From the NCBI GenBank assembly GCA_965231135.1, contig OZ246419.1, positions 449,488 to 513,487 on the forward strand: 64,000 nucleotides of DNA, written 5' to 3'. The notes beneath the pieces were generated by a model. It was not told the origin of the DNA. It did not search any database and saw only the letters and a list, made by a program, of their open reading frames with translations. The first letter of the stretch is position 1; each line of letters begins with the position of its first letter. Shown in pieces: positions 9,512 to 19,682 of this stretch. Source of the DNA: an uncultured Gammaproteobacteria bacterium. Lineage in GTDB: Bacteria; Patescibacteriota; Microgenomatia; UBA8517. Both the position numbers and the translations under genes were made by a program.

Positions 9512-10568
9512 CTAGGCGTTTACAATTACATCATGATGTCCGTTTTCTTTTGCGCCGTGCGGACTAACGCGAATAAATTGGGCATTTTCCCAAAGTTGAT
9601 TTATATTCCTTGCTCCACAATAACTAAATCCAGATCTGATATTTGCAGACATCTTTTCAACTAAATCTGCCATTGGGCCTTTATATTGCACTAAACTTTC
9701 AACACCTTCGATATGTTTTGTATAATTTTTTCCGAGATCTTTTAAATTTTTAACGTGTTTTTGTTTTTCGGCAAGACTAGTTGATGCATTATATGATTTG
9801 TATTTTATTCCGTTATTAATTAACAAATTCTCCTGGCGCTTCTTCAGTTCCTGCAAACTGACTTCCAATGACAACTGCCGATGCTCCAGCTGCAAGACCT
9901 TTTACAACGTCTCCAGAATTTTTTGTTCCGCCATCACAAAGAATAGTTTTTCCAAATTTTCTTGCCGCACGTGATGCCTCAATTACTCCAGTAATTTGAG
10001 GAACTCCAACTCCTGTTTGAATTCTTGTAATGCAGATTGTCCCTGGGCCGACTCCAACTCTGGCAGAGTCAGCGCCAGCTTTAAATAGATCAGCTGCACC
10101 TTCGTATGTTCCAATTACGCCAGAAATGATGTCGATATCTTTGCCAAATTTATTTTTTAAATCTTTAGTGACTTCAAGAGTTTTTTGCATATGGCCATGA
10201 GCAACATCGATTGTAAGAATATCAACTCCTGCCTTTGCTAATTTTTCAGCTCTTTCCAGATATCCTTCTTTTATTCCAAGAGCTGCGCCAACTTGCACAT
10301 TTGCTTTTTTAACCTTTGAAACCATGTCTGATTGTTCGTCAGGGCTAAAAAATCTTGGTAAAAATCCTAAACCTCCTAATTTTCCAAGAGCAATTGCCAT
10401 TTCAACTCCGGTGACATCAGTCATATTAATACTGATAAGAGGAAGTGATAGAGTTACATGCGGAGAAATTTTAGTAGTAAGATCTACGTCAGACCGTGAT
10501 TCAATTTCTGAATATGTAGGGATTAAAAGCACATCGTCATAAGAAAGACCAAGCTTTATTTTTTTCAT
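9512..10568 (-). pseudogene. IMP dehydrogenase/GMP reductase family (no CBS domains), split by a 1-nt insertion near 9820
   Basis: SYDDVLL, IDVAHGH and GVGPGTICITR in one frame; KYKSY...IEGVE...IRSGFSYCGA in another; removing one base gives PGEFVINNGIKYKSY. Confidence 0.85.
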
Positions 10569-10657
10569 AGGCGCAAGAAATACTTTAAGAAAAAATAAAA
10601 TCAAAATCAAGAATTTTAATAAAATCTTAAAAATGCTAAAATATGAATTTAATAAGA

Positions 10658-10731
10658 GGTCGTGTAGCTCAGTTGGTTAGAGCATTGCATTCACATTGCA
10701 AAGGTCGCTGGTTCGAGCCCAGCCACGACCA
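10658..10731 (+). tRNA. tRNA-Val(CAC)
   Basis: Cloverleaf; anticodon arm TTGCA-TTCACAT-TGCAA; GTTCGA T-loop; CCA not encoded. Confidence 0.95.
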
Positions 10732-10768
10732 CTTTATTTTTGATATAAATTGATGTATTATTCTGAAA

Positions 10769-11299
10769 ATGGTGGAAAAAACAGCTTCTCCAGAAAGTGC
10801 AGAAACATTAAAAGAAGAAATCTTATTGATAAGGAATAAAATTGTTGTAGCTAATTTAATAAATCATATTAGTGGTTTACCTATACCTTTAGAAAATAGT
10901 ACTTTAAGCAAAGTTCTACCTGAAGTTGTTGTGGTCCAGGGTAATTTGTCTGGTTTTATTCAAAGTTTAACTCCTAGGTTTAGGCAAGCTTGTGGAGGTG
11001 ATATTAATCAACAAAAAGTGATAAAAATTGCTCCTGATGGTGAGTTTGTTGATAACGACTCTATATATTTGGAAACAGATAATTTTAATGGATTGTTGGA
11101 GGATTATGCATGTGTTGTCTCTCAAGAGTTTCGTAATCTTAAAGAATTATTATGGATAGCTTATGATGGTCCGGATGCTGAAAGTGAAGAAACAGAATCA
11201 GAAATAGATAGATATATACATCAACATAGAATTGAGTTACTCAGAGGCTTTAGAGATTCTTTGGTTACTTCTTTTGAAAACTTAAAGCCGCAGAGTTGA
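10769..11299 (+). CDS. Hypothetical protein (orphan, 176 aa)
   Basis: Long ORF with a -10-like box just upstream; overlaps 3' end of msrB. Confidence 0.75.
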   Translation: MVEKTASPESAETLKEEILLIRNKIVVANLINHISGLPIPLENSTLSKVLPEVVVVQGNLSGFIQSLTPRFRQACGGDINQQKVIKIAPDGEFVDNDSIYLETDNFNGLLEDYACVVSQEFRNLKELLWIAYDGPDAESEETESEIDRYIHQHRIELLRGFRDSLVTSFENLKPQS

Positions 11300-11651
11300 T
11301 ACAATACCTTAAACCTGTTTGATCTTGCGGGCCGTCTTCAAAAACATGGCCCAAATGAGCGCAACAATTTGCACAAACTACTTCTACTCTATGCATTCCA
11401 AGAGAATCATCATTTTTTTCTATAACACTGCCTTCTTTTTTGGCCGTGTCCCAAAAACTTGGCCAACCGCTTCCTGAATCAAATTTTGTTTTGGATGAAA
11501 ATAAAGGATTGCCGCAGCGAACACAATTGTACATTCCAGTTTCATGATTATATAAATATTCACCTGTAAACGGTGGCTCGGTAGAACCTTCGCAAGTTAC
11601 AGCATATTGTTTTGCTGTTAATTTTTTCTTCCAATCTGCGTTTGTTGGCAT
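11265..11651 (-). CDS. msrB: Peptide-methionine (R)-S-oxide reductase
   Basis: [27 protein letters not shown]. Confidence 0.97.
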   Translation of the reverse strand: MPTNADWKKKLTAKQYAVTCEGSTEPPFTGEYLYNHETGMYNCVRCGNPLFSSKTKFDSGSGWPSFWDTAKKEGSVIEKNDDSLGMHRVEVVCANCCAHLGHVFEDGPQDQTGLRYCINSAALSFQKK

Positions 11652-11671
11652 AAGTATATTATAATATATTT

Positions 11672-12208
11672 ATTACAGAAATATTTTCTAAAGTTTCAGA
11701 TATAGAAAGTGCGGTAGCAGATGCCATTACATTTTCTCTGGCAATTTCTATAAAAGATGCAACAAATAATTATACTTTTTTTGGAAATAAGAATTTAGGA
11801 GTTTTGGCAAAAAGATCTACAGAACAGAATTGTTTTATTAATTCTGAATTTGCTGCAATGTTTTTGGTTGATAGATATTCAAATTTATTTAAAACGTTAT
11901 TTCTAATCGAAGCAAGAGCTGACAATAATGATTCATTTAAAAAGGGAAATTGGAGATCGCATTCTGGTTTGGTCTTTGAAGATGTATTGGGAAAGTGGCA
12001 TTTTATTAGTCCTGCAAACTTTGATGACAAGAAGAAAAACAATCCTATGTTTACACATATTAGAGGTGATGATTTAAATGAATTGTTGACCAATATTACT
12101 GATTCAGAAACAAAAGAAGGATTGCAAATATGGCCTTCAGAAACAGAAATTATGACTGAGGTAAATAGTAGAAAAAATAAAGAATTTGCAAACGCATCCA
12201 AAGTATGA
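11672..12208 (+). CDS. Hypothetical protein (orphan); start ATT 11672 or TTG 11804
   Basis: Frame open from 11654 with no ATG before 11804; ATT lies six nt after TATAAT. Confidence 0.6.
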   Translation: MTEIFSKVSDIESAVADAITFSLAISIKDATNNYTFFGNKNLGVLAKRSTEQNCFINSEFAAMFLVDRYSNLFKTLFLIEARADNNDSFKKGNWRSHSGLVFEDVLGKWHFISPANFDDKKKNNPMFTHIRGDDLNELLTNITDSETKEGLQIWPSETEIMTEVNSRKNKEFANASKV

Positions 12209-12311
12209 GAAATCTAATAGTAATAACAAAGAATAATAAAAAAGGAAAAGAACCTTTAGTTGAAAGTACTCTTTCGAGTCTTAGTGTTATGCGATGGCAT
12301 ACTGATCCTTA

Positions 12312-14081
12312 TTAAATTGTTTGGATTAAATTTTGAATTTCTGACTGGAGAATTTGGGAAGTTTGATTGTCTATTCCTTTTGGAGTTTGAGATTTAAGAA
12401 ACTGAATTGCAGCATTTAAGGTATTTTTGGCAGCGAGTGTTTGATTAAAACTTAACGCCTTGTTTGCAGTATTTAATAGAAGTAGAGTTTCATCATAAAC
12501 ATATTGAGATTTTATTTTGTTTTGATTTTTTGCATCAAACAAATCCTGAATAATTGAATTTATTGTTAAGTTTTCATTTGTGGAATTTTTCTGGCCGATT
12601 GTGATTTGGTAATTATCTGTTTCATTGTTTCCTAAAATTCCGTTTATTTTATTTAAATTTACATTTCCATTTGCATCATAAAGATAAGAATCTAATTCAT
12701 AAATTCCGTTTCCTGAAACTTCAATTTTGTAATTTCCGTTTATTGGTTTTGGAAACATGAATATTTTTAGTGGATTTCCACTTAATGAGGAATTATTTGT
12801 ATCGTTAATTAGAGGATTTTGAATAAATGTGTCGCCCGTTATTTCATTATTATTTGTATCAAAAACTTTAATATTAAAGTTTGGATCGATTGTTAACATT
12901 ATATAACTCAAATTTGTGTGGCTTGGGGTGTAAGTTTCAAGGGATTCAAAAGTATTACCATAAGAAGTTAAATCTGGATGATTATTATATGCTGGGTCGT
13001 TTATACCAAAGCTATTTGAGGTTAGCGACTTTGCAACTATAAAATGGCCCGGTTCTTCAAGGATTGCAGGACGATTATTTGTCAGTTCGTCAGTTAAATT
13101 TTGATTTGTATTTCCCTTTCTTAAGAATTCCAGTGATGGTTGATTATTGTTTGCGTGAGTTTTTGAGTAACGAGAAATTGCAAGCCAATTTAATAAACCA
13201 GGATAAATGTAGCCATCGGTTTGGGAATTAAGCCAAGTATTTAAGTCTTCTGGGTTTATATTAAAACCATAATATTGCAAAACCATATCCGCTGATGTTA
13301 AAGCACAGCCCCAAGATTTGATTGTTGGATCAAATGGCGACCAGCTTTTGGCTGTGTCGTAAACTTTTGTTCCCCAGGGAGAAGTAAATTGTTTAATGTC
13401 TGGAACATTTAGAGATGGTAATGGATTTGAAGGGAGGTCAGAGACTGTTATGTTATCAAACCAGTCTTCGGAAGGTGCATTGGCTCCAGTTGTAATTAAT
13501 AAACCAATTTTCCCTGATAATATGGGGTTGTTTGTGTCTGTCCAATCTAAAACTGCAGATGAGGTATTATTAATAAATACTTGTATATGATTTCCATTCG
13601 CTGTTACGGTAATTTTGCTGACTACTCCTAGTGGCAATGTTGTATCATTGTTGACGGGTTCTACGTATCCACTGCTCGTGAATTTTTGTAACCAAATATG
13701 GTTTGAGTACATATGTATTCCATAAGAAACTGGTAAGTTTAAATTAAAGAGATTGACTCTTTGGTTTGTTATTCTGAAGAGAATATTTCTGTCTGTTCCT
13801 TGTAATGGTAAAAGGTCTACAGAGAATTTATAATTTGACCAACTAAAATCTCCTGTTTCAGCTTCAATTCCGGTATTTTGAGTTGTAACTGTACCTCCAA
13901 AGCGATAGCTGTTTTGTATGTTTTGAACGGACCAATTACCATTAATTATGGTCCAATTACTGTAGTTTTGATTTTCAAAATCGTCGCTGAAACTTATTGC
14001 GAAGATATTTTTTGGGGATAGAAATAGAAGTGATATAAGGGTTATTGAGGTTAAGATGAATTTTAGCTTAAACTTATTCAC
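12312..14081 (-). CDS. Secreted protein with a concanavalin/DUF1080-like beta domain and a C39-like peptidase domain
   Basis: Signal peptide ending IFA; FSDDFE...GKIGL...WFDNITV; KQ..PW...GCALTS...GHFIV...INDP. Confidence 0.7.
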   Translation of the reverse strand: MNKFKLKFILTSITLISLLFLSPKNIFAISFSDDFENQNYSNWTIINGNWSVQNIQNSYRFGGTVTTQNTGIEAETGDFSWSNYKFSVDLLPLQGTDRNILFRITNQRVNLFNLNLPVSYGIHMYSNHIWLQKFTSSGYVEPVNNDTTLPLGVVSKITVTANGNHIQVFINNTSSAVLDWTDTNNPILSGKIGLLITTGANAPSEDWFDNITVSDLPSNPLPSLNVPDIKQFTSPWGTKVYDTAKSWSPFDPTIKSWGCALTSADMVLQYYGFNINPEDLNTWLNSQTDGYIYPGLLNWLAISRYSKTHANNNQPSLEFLRKGNTNQNLTDELTNNRPAILEEPGHFIVAKSLTSNSFGINDPAYNNHPDLTSYGNTFESLETYTPSHTNLSYIMLTIDPNFNIKVFDTNNNEITGDTFIQNPLINDTNNSSLSGNPLKIFMFPKPINGNYKIEVSGNGIYELDSYLYDANGNVNLNKINGILGNNETDNYQITIGQKNSTNENLTINSIIQDLFDAKNQNKIKSQYVYDETLLLLNTANKALSFNQTLAAKNTLNAAIQFLKSQTPKGIDNQTSQILQSEIQNLIQTI

Positions 14082-14138
14082 ATTAATTAAGTAAATAAAA
14101 CTTGAGTTTGTTTGTCAAGTGCTTATAAACTATATTCT

Positions 14139-14879
14139 ATGAATAGAAAGAACATTCATGAAAAATATCACTCTGGTGTTAAGTTGCAGAAAAGAATTAT
14201 AAGTTCTAATAACTTTACATATAGGAACACTATTTTGTTGGTGAATGAATTCTTTGCAAAAAAGTCTGAAATTTTAGATATTGGATGTGGAGTGGGAACA
14301 ATCGATTTTTATATAGTAAGCAATTATCCAAACATAAAAATAAAAGGTGTTGATATTTCTGAGAAGGCTATTGACGCTGCTGTTAAAAATTCCTCCAAAT
14401 TTGGATTTGGAGAAAATATATCATATTCGATTACCAGTTTCCCTGGGTCAGTAATTAAAGGAAAATTTGATGGTGTTTTAATTTCAGAGGTTTTAGAGCA
14501 TATTCCTAATGACAAGATTGCAGTTAATAAGATTTATTCGATGTGTGGTAATGAAAGTATTGTAATCGCATCCTCACCTTCAATCACAGCTCCTTTATAC
14601 AGGTTGGGAATGCTAAAAAACTTTGACAATAGGGTTGGTCATCTGAGGAGATATTCTGCCAAAGAATTTAAAAAACTATTCGAAAATAATGGATTTAAAA
14701 TAATAAAATTTGTCGAAACTGAAGGTATACTTAGAAACTTTCTTTTTACTAATTCCACTGCCGGAAAATTTATTAGATATATAAGAGGACCTTTTTCCGA
14801 CATTGTTACCTTTTTTGATAATTTAACAATACCTATTTTTGGTGCTTCTAATTATTATATTGTTGCACAAAAAAAATGA
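14139..14879 (+). CDS. Class I SAM-dependent methyltransferase
   Basis: ILDIGCGVG, GVDIS, SEVLEHI, GHLRRYS. Confidence 0.9.
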   Translation: MNRKNIHEKYHSGVKLQKRIISSNNFTYRNTILLVNEFFAKKSEILDIGCGVGTIDFYIVSNYPNIKIKGVDISEKAIDAAVKNSSKFGFGENISYSITSFPGSVIKGKFDGVLISEVLEHIPNDKIAVNKIYSMCGNESIVIASSPSITAPLYRLGMLKNFDNRVGHLRRYSAKEFKKLFENNGFKIIKFVETEGILRNFLFTNSTAGKFIRYIRGPFSDIVTFFDNLTIPIFGASNYYIVAQKK

Positions 14880-15805
14880 AAATTATTTTCTTTTCTCACT
14901 ATTTTTATCCTCATATTGGTGGAGTTGAAAAACATGTACTCGAGCTTTCTAAAATTTTAATTAAGCAAAAACATGAAGTAACTATTATTACTGAAAAGTT
15001 TGACGATAAACTTAAAGACGAAGAAATTTATCAACGTATTAAAATTATTCGTTTTAAATATCCTAAACAAAGATATATTGGACTAATTTATATCTGGAAG
15101 TTTATTTTTGACAATCGTAAGATGATTTTTGAAGCCAATATTATTCATATACATGATGTTTTTATCTGGTATTTGCCTTTTAAATTTTTATATCCTGATA
15201 AAAAATTTTTTGTAACAATTCACGGACTTGAATGGAGTAATCCTTTTTCTCCAAGCGCTATCTGGCAGAAAAAACTTGCAGTGAAATTTGCAAAAGGCTC
15301 CATTGGAGTTGGAAAATTTTTAGAGAAATATATCGGGTGTAAATGTAATTTACTTATTTATGGAGCAGCTAATATTCCAGAAAGGAATTTTAAAAAAATG
15401 CACGAAATTACTTTTATTGGCAGACTCTCAAAAGATACTGGAATTTTGAATTTTTTAAAATATTTAAAAACTAACAGAAATATTAAAGTAAATTTTGTTG
15501 GAGATGGAGAATTAAAAGAAAAGTGCAAAAAATATGGAAAAATTTATGGATTTACTGACCCAATAAAGTTTTTGCAAAAAAGTGAATATATTGTTCCTGG
15601 AGGCTATCTTGCTTGTCTTGAAGCTTTTGTTTATAAAGCAAAAGTAAAAGTTTTTTGGGACACAAAACTCAAAGAAGATTATTGGAAAATGTCGCCAATA
15701 TATAAATTTATAGAAAATAAAGACACGGACGGCGCTTATAGATATGCAAAAGAAAATACATATCAAAATCTTGCTGGAAAATATTTGCAATTATGGCAGT
15801 CTTAA
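14876..15805 (+). CDS. Glycosyltransferase family 4
   Basis: FYPHIGGVE, TIHG, FIGRL, VGDGEL. Confidence 0.88.
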   Translation: MKIIFFSHYFYPHIGGVEKHVLELSKILIKQKHEVTIITEKFDDKLKDEEIYQRIKIIRFKYPKQRYIGLIYIWKFIFDNRKMIFEANIIHIHDVFIWYLPFKFLYPDKKFFVTIHGLEWSNPFSPSAIWQKKLAVKFAKGSIGVGKFLEKYIGCKCNLLIYGAANIPERNFKKMHEITFIGRLSKDTGILNFLKYLKTNRNIKVNFVGDGELKEKCKKYGKIYGFTDPIKFLQKSEYIVPGGYLACLEAFVYKAKVKVFWDTKLKEDYWKMSPIYKFIENKDTDGAYRYAKENTYQNLAGKYLQLWQS

Positions 15806-16665
15806 AAGTCTCACTTTGCATTACGACATTTAATGAAGAGAAAAGTATAAAAAAACTTCTTGATTCAATAATTTTACAAACAAGAAAACCGGATGAAATT
15901 ATTTTAGTTGACGGAGGAAGCACTGATGAAACCATTAGTATTATTAATAGTTATAAAAATAAATTAAAAAATTTAAAGTTAATTGTTTATACAAGTGCGA
16001 GTATTTCAAAAGGAAGAAATTTGGCTGTTAAGAATTCTAAAAAAGAAGTTATTGCAATGACTGATGCTGGATGTGTTTGTGATAAAAATTGGCTAAAAAA
16101 TATTACAGAACCTTTTAAAAATAAGAGTACTAGCGTTGTTGCCGGATTTTATAAAATGACAGGAAAATCTAAATTTCAGCAATCTTTAAAAAAATATTTA
16201 GGAGTATTGCCGAAAAATTTTGATGATAATTTTTTACCATCAACGAGATCGATTGCTTTTCGTAAAAATATTTGGGAAAGCGTTAAAGGATTTGATGAAA
16301 AATTTGATAAAGCTGGAGAAGATACTGACTTTAATCAGAAGATTTTAAAAAATAATTTTAAAATTGTAAGAGTCAAAAAGGCAATTGTTTTTTGGGAAGT
16401 AGCCGATAATTTAAAAGATGCTTGTAAAAAGTTTTTTTATTATGCAAGAGGAGATGTGCAGTCAGGCAAATTAACGAAACATAACATAAAAGTATTAACT
16501 ATTTTTTTGAGATATTTTATTTTTATACTTATTTGTCCGTTATTTATAGTGTATTTATTTTATAGTTACTGGAAAGCAGGGCTTTGGGGAATTATAATTC
16601 AAGTATCAAGCGATTTTGCAATAATGCTTGGTTTTTTAAATGGGATATACAAAACAAATAATTAA
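15793..16665 (+). CDS. Glycosyltransferase family 2
   Basis: TTFNEE, VDGGSTD, GRN, TDAG, GEDTD. Confidence 0.9.
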   Translation: MAVLKVSLCITTFNEEKSIKKLLDSIILQTRKPDEIILVDGGSTDETISIINSYKNKLKNLKLIVYTSASISKGRNLAVKNSKKEVIAMTDAGCVCDKNWLKNITEPFKNKSTSVVAGFYKMTGKSKFQQSLKKYLGVLPKNFDDNFLPSTRSIAFRKNIWESVKGFDEKFDKAGEDTDFNQKILKNNFKIVRVKKAIVFWEVADNLKDACKKFFYYARGDVQSGKLTKHNIKVLTIFLRYFIFILICPLFIVYLFYSYWKAGLWGIIIQVSSDFAIMLGFLNGIYKTNN

Positions 16666-17881
16666 AGGTTTTTCTTGGGCTGCAGTTTTAAACGCAATTG
16701 CAATGGGTATTAGCTTGATTAAAATAATACTTTTGTCTCATTTTGTCTTTGGTCCAGTCGAATTTGGAGTTTTTGGTGTAGGCGTTTTAGTACTTGGAAT
16801 TTTGGAGCTTATTACAGAAACCGGAATAAATATTTTTTTAGTTCAAGAAAGTGAACCAATTAAAACATATCTTGATACAGCTTGGGCAGTTTCAATAATG
16901 AGAGGAATTACAATTGCGCTTTTGCTTGCACTTTTTTCTTATCCGATTGCGGCCTTTTTTAAGATAACAAATAATTGGGTTTTTATTTTAGCGTTTAGTT
17001 TGGTTCCAATACTTCGTGGGTTTATAAATCCTGCTATTGCATCTTTGCAGAAAGATTTGAAATTCAGACAAGATGCAACTTACAGATTTATTGTTTCCGC
17101 AATTGAAGATATTTCAATAATATTACTTGCATTTATAACACGTAGTATTTTTGCTTTTATATTTGGAATGCTTTTTGGAGTTTTGATTGAAGTGATAATT
17201 ACATTTATTTTTGTTGAGGAAAAACCAAAATTAAATTTTAATAATTTACATTTTAAAAAAATTGTAGCCCAAGGAAAATGGGTGACACTTGCACAAATTT
17301 TTGATTATCTTTTTGAACATACTGACGATGTTGTAGTTGGCCGTCTTCTTAATGTTTTTTCGCTTGGAATCTATCAAAATTCTTATATCCTTTCCAGTTT
17401 GCCTGAGAATGCAATTGCCCAACAACTTGGGAAAATTACATTCCCAATTTATGTGCAGATGAGAGAAGATAAGCAAAGCTTGTCATTTCATGATAAAAAA
17501 AGAATTAAGAGAGCTTTTTGGAGGAGTTTCTGGTCTGTTTTTGTAATGATTACGCCGTTTGCATTAATAATGTTTTTCTTTTCTGATCCTTTGGTTAGAA
17601 TTTTGCTTGGAGAAAAATGGCTGGCTGCAATTCCAGTACTAAGGATATTAGCTCTTTTTGGGACAACGAGAGCTTTAACAAATTTATTCTATCCTGTATT
17701 TTTGGCTTTAAAAAAGCAACAATTTATTACAAATATTACTTTAATTTCCTGGATCTTTTTGGGGATTTTCATTTTTCCGTTAACAAAAATGTATGGCATC
17801 AGTGGTGCGGCAATATCTGCATTAGTTGGTTCTATTGCTGGTCTTCCTGTTGCCTATTTTTATTTTAAAAAACTTCTATGA
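16640..17881 (+). CDS. Wzx-type polysaccharide flippase (MOP family)
   Basis: Multi-TM; GPVEFG, DDVVVGRLL...LGIY, LGEKW..AIP. Confidence 0.88.
   Translation: MGYTKQIIKGFSWAAVLNAIAMGISLIKIILLSHFVFGPVEFGVFGVGVLVLGILELITETGINIFLVQESEPIKTYLDTAWAVSIMRGITIALLLALFSYPIAAFFKITNNWVFILAFSLVPILRGFINPAIASLQKDLKFRQDATYRFIVSAIEDISIILLAFITRSIFAFIFGMLFGVLIEVIITFIFVEEKPKLNFNNLHFKKIVAQGKWVTLAQIFDYLFEHTDDVVVGRLLNVFSLGIYQNSYILSSLPENAIAQQLGKITFPIYVQMREDKQSLSFHDKKRIKRAFWRSFWSVFVMITPFALIMFFFSDPLVRILLGEKWLAAIPVLRILALFGTTRALTNLFYPVFLALKKQQFITNITLISWIFLGIFIFPLTKMYGISGAAISALVGSIAGLPVAYFYFKKLL
17468..17496 (+). repeat. In-frame 24-nt palindromic insertion in flippase gene
   Basis: GATAA-GCAAAGC-TTGTC-ATTTCAT-GATAA; direct repeat with 24-nt period. 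Confidence 0.65.
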
Positions 17882-18606
17882 TATCTGCGGTGGTGATTGC
17901 CAAAAATGAAGAAGGTAATATTGAGAATTGTCTTAAGAATTTGAATTTTTGTGATGAAATAATAATTATTGATGATTATTCGGCTGATAATACAGCAAAA
18001 ATTGCAAAAAATTTTACCACTAAAATTTACAAAAGACATCTAAACTATAATTTTGCTGCACAAAGAAATTATGGACTTACAAAAGCTTCCTGTGAATGGA
18101 TTTTATTTGTTGACGCCGATGAAATCGTATCAAATACTCTTAAAGCAGAAATTTTATTGAAAATCAGTCAAGAAAACATAAACGGATTTTATATAAAACG
18201 AAGAGATATTTTTTTAGATAGAGAATTAAAATTTGGAGAAACTGGAAATGTAAAACTTCTTAGACTTGCAAAAAAAGATTCAGGAAAATGGAAACGAAAA
18301 GTTCACGAATATTGGAACATAAAAGGACAGACTCAGGAACTTGGAAGTTATCTAATTCATGATAAAAAGCAAAATTTATTTGAGTTTGTGAATAAATTAA
18401 ATGATTATTCTACTTTACATGCCCAGGAAAATGAAAAAGAGAATAAAAAATCAAATATGTTTAAAATTGTTTTATATCCATTTTTAAAATTTGTAGATAA
18501 CTATTTTTTGAAACTGGGATTTTTAGATGGAATACCAGGATTTATAAATGCAACACTAATGAGTTTTCATAGTTTTTTAGCATGGAGTAAAGAATGGATT
18601 TATTAA
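17878..18606 (+). CDS. Glycosyltransferase family 2 (beta-1,4-glucosyltransferase-like)
   Basis: AKNEE, FAAQRN, VDADE, VHE, GFLDG. Confidence 0.9.
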   Translation: MISAVVIAKNEEGNIENCLKNLNFCDEIIIIDDYSADNTAKIAKNFTTKIYKRHLNYNFAAQRNYGLTKASCEWILFVDADEIVSNTLKAEILLKISQENINGFYIKRRDIFLDRELKFGETGNVKLLRLAKKDSGKWKRKVHEYWNIKGQTQELGSYLIHDKKQNLFEFVNKLNDYSTLHAQENEKENKKSNMFKIVLYPFLKFVDNYFLKLGFLDGIPGFINATLMSFHSFLAWSKEWIY

Positions 18607-19682
18607 TTTTTATTTATTTAATTTTATTTCCATTTGGAAAATTATTAGGACAGACTCAAGATTTGCTTGTTTTAATAATTTCTGTTTTTGGATTTATAAA
18701 ACACAGGAATTACAGAATTAATAACTTTGTTTTAATTTGTATTTTTTCTTTAATTTTTTCTTTATCATTTTTTAATTTGCCTCAAATCTTGAATGGTTTA
18801 TTTTATCTAATTAGATTAATTTCTTATTTTTATTTGTCTCAAATTGTTAACCTGCAATTTGGAAAAGTAGAAAGAAAGCGAAAATTAATTATTAACTCTT
18901 TAATAACTGTTGGAATTTTTATTGCCATCTTTGGATGGATACAATATTTAATTTTTCCGGACCTTCGCGCTTTAAAAACGTTGGGGTGGGATGACCATTA
19001 TTTTAGACTGGTTTCGACATTTTTGGACCCGGCGTTTACTGGAATCTTATTAGTATTGACAGAAATTTTAGTTTTAATTAAAACTGTTAAAAAGAAAACT
19101 GGATTAAATTATTTACTAAATGTCTTTTTGTTGATTACAGTTTTGTTTACATATTCCCGATCAAGTTATTTGGCGCTCTTTTTTGCTGTGTTGTTTTTAT
19201 TCTATAAATTCAGAAAGAAAGTGATATTAATTTTCCTGGCACTTTTTTTAATATTTATTCCTTTATTGCCAAGGCCTGGAGGCGAGGGAGTGAATTTGGC
19301 AAGAACATATACTGTCGTTGATAAATTTCAAAATTCTAAAACAGCGTTTAAAGTAATCAAAAAATCTCCTGTTTTTGGTATTGGCTTTGATAATATTTGT
19401 ATTGCGACTTTGAATAATACAAATATTCATTCATGCAGCGGTTTTGATAATAGTATCTTATTTATAATTGCAACAACAGGAGTTATTGGATTTGTAATTT
19501 TTTTACAAATGATTTACAAAATAATTGTAAATACAAAGTTTGACGCCTTTGGCTTTGGGCTGTTGGCAAGTTTGATTGCGATTTTTATTCATGGAATGTT
19601 TACAGAAACTTTTTTTTATAATTTTGTTCTCGGCTGGATGGCGATTTTAATTGGGGTTACAAGAAAAGAAGTTAAGGGTTGA
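18594..19682 (+). CDS. O-antigen ligase/polymerase (Wzy_C) family membrane protein
   Basis: RLVSTFLDP, TYSRSS, PVFGIG, TGVIG; multi-TM; ends the glycosylation cluster. Confidence 0.82.
   Translation: MDLLIFIYLILFPFGKLLGQTQDLLVLIISVFGFIKHRNYRINNFVLICIFSLIFSLSFFNLPQILNGLFYLIRLISYFYLSQIVNLQFGKVERKRKLIINSLITVGIFIAIFGWIQYLIFPDLRALKTLGWDDHYFRLVSTFLDPAFTGILLVLTEILVLIKTVKKKTGLNYLLNVFLLITVLFTYSRSSYLALFFAVLFLFYKFRKKVILIFLALFLIFIPLLPRPGGEGVNLARTYTVVDKFQNSKTAFKVIKKSPVFGIGFDNICIATLNNTNIHSCSGFDNSILFIIATTGVIGFVIFLQMIYKIIVNTKFDAFGFGLLASLIAIFIHGMFTETFFYNFVLGWMAILIGVTRKEVKG

Noticed and set aside
10658-14081. Genomic island or prophage at tRNA-Val
   Set aside because: No integrase, att duplication or phage genes; msrB lies within.
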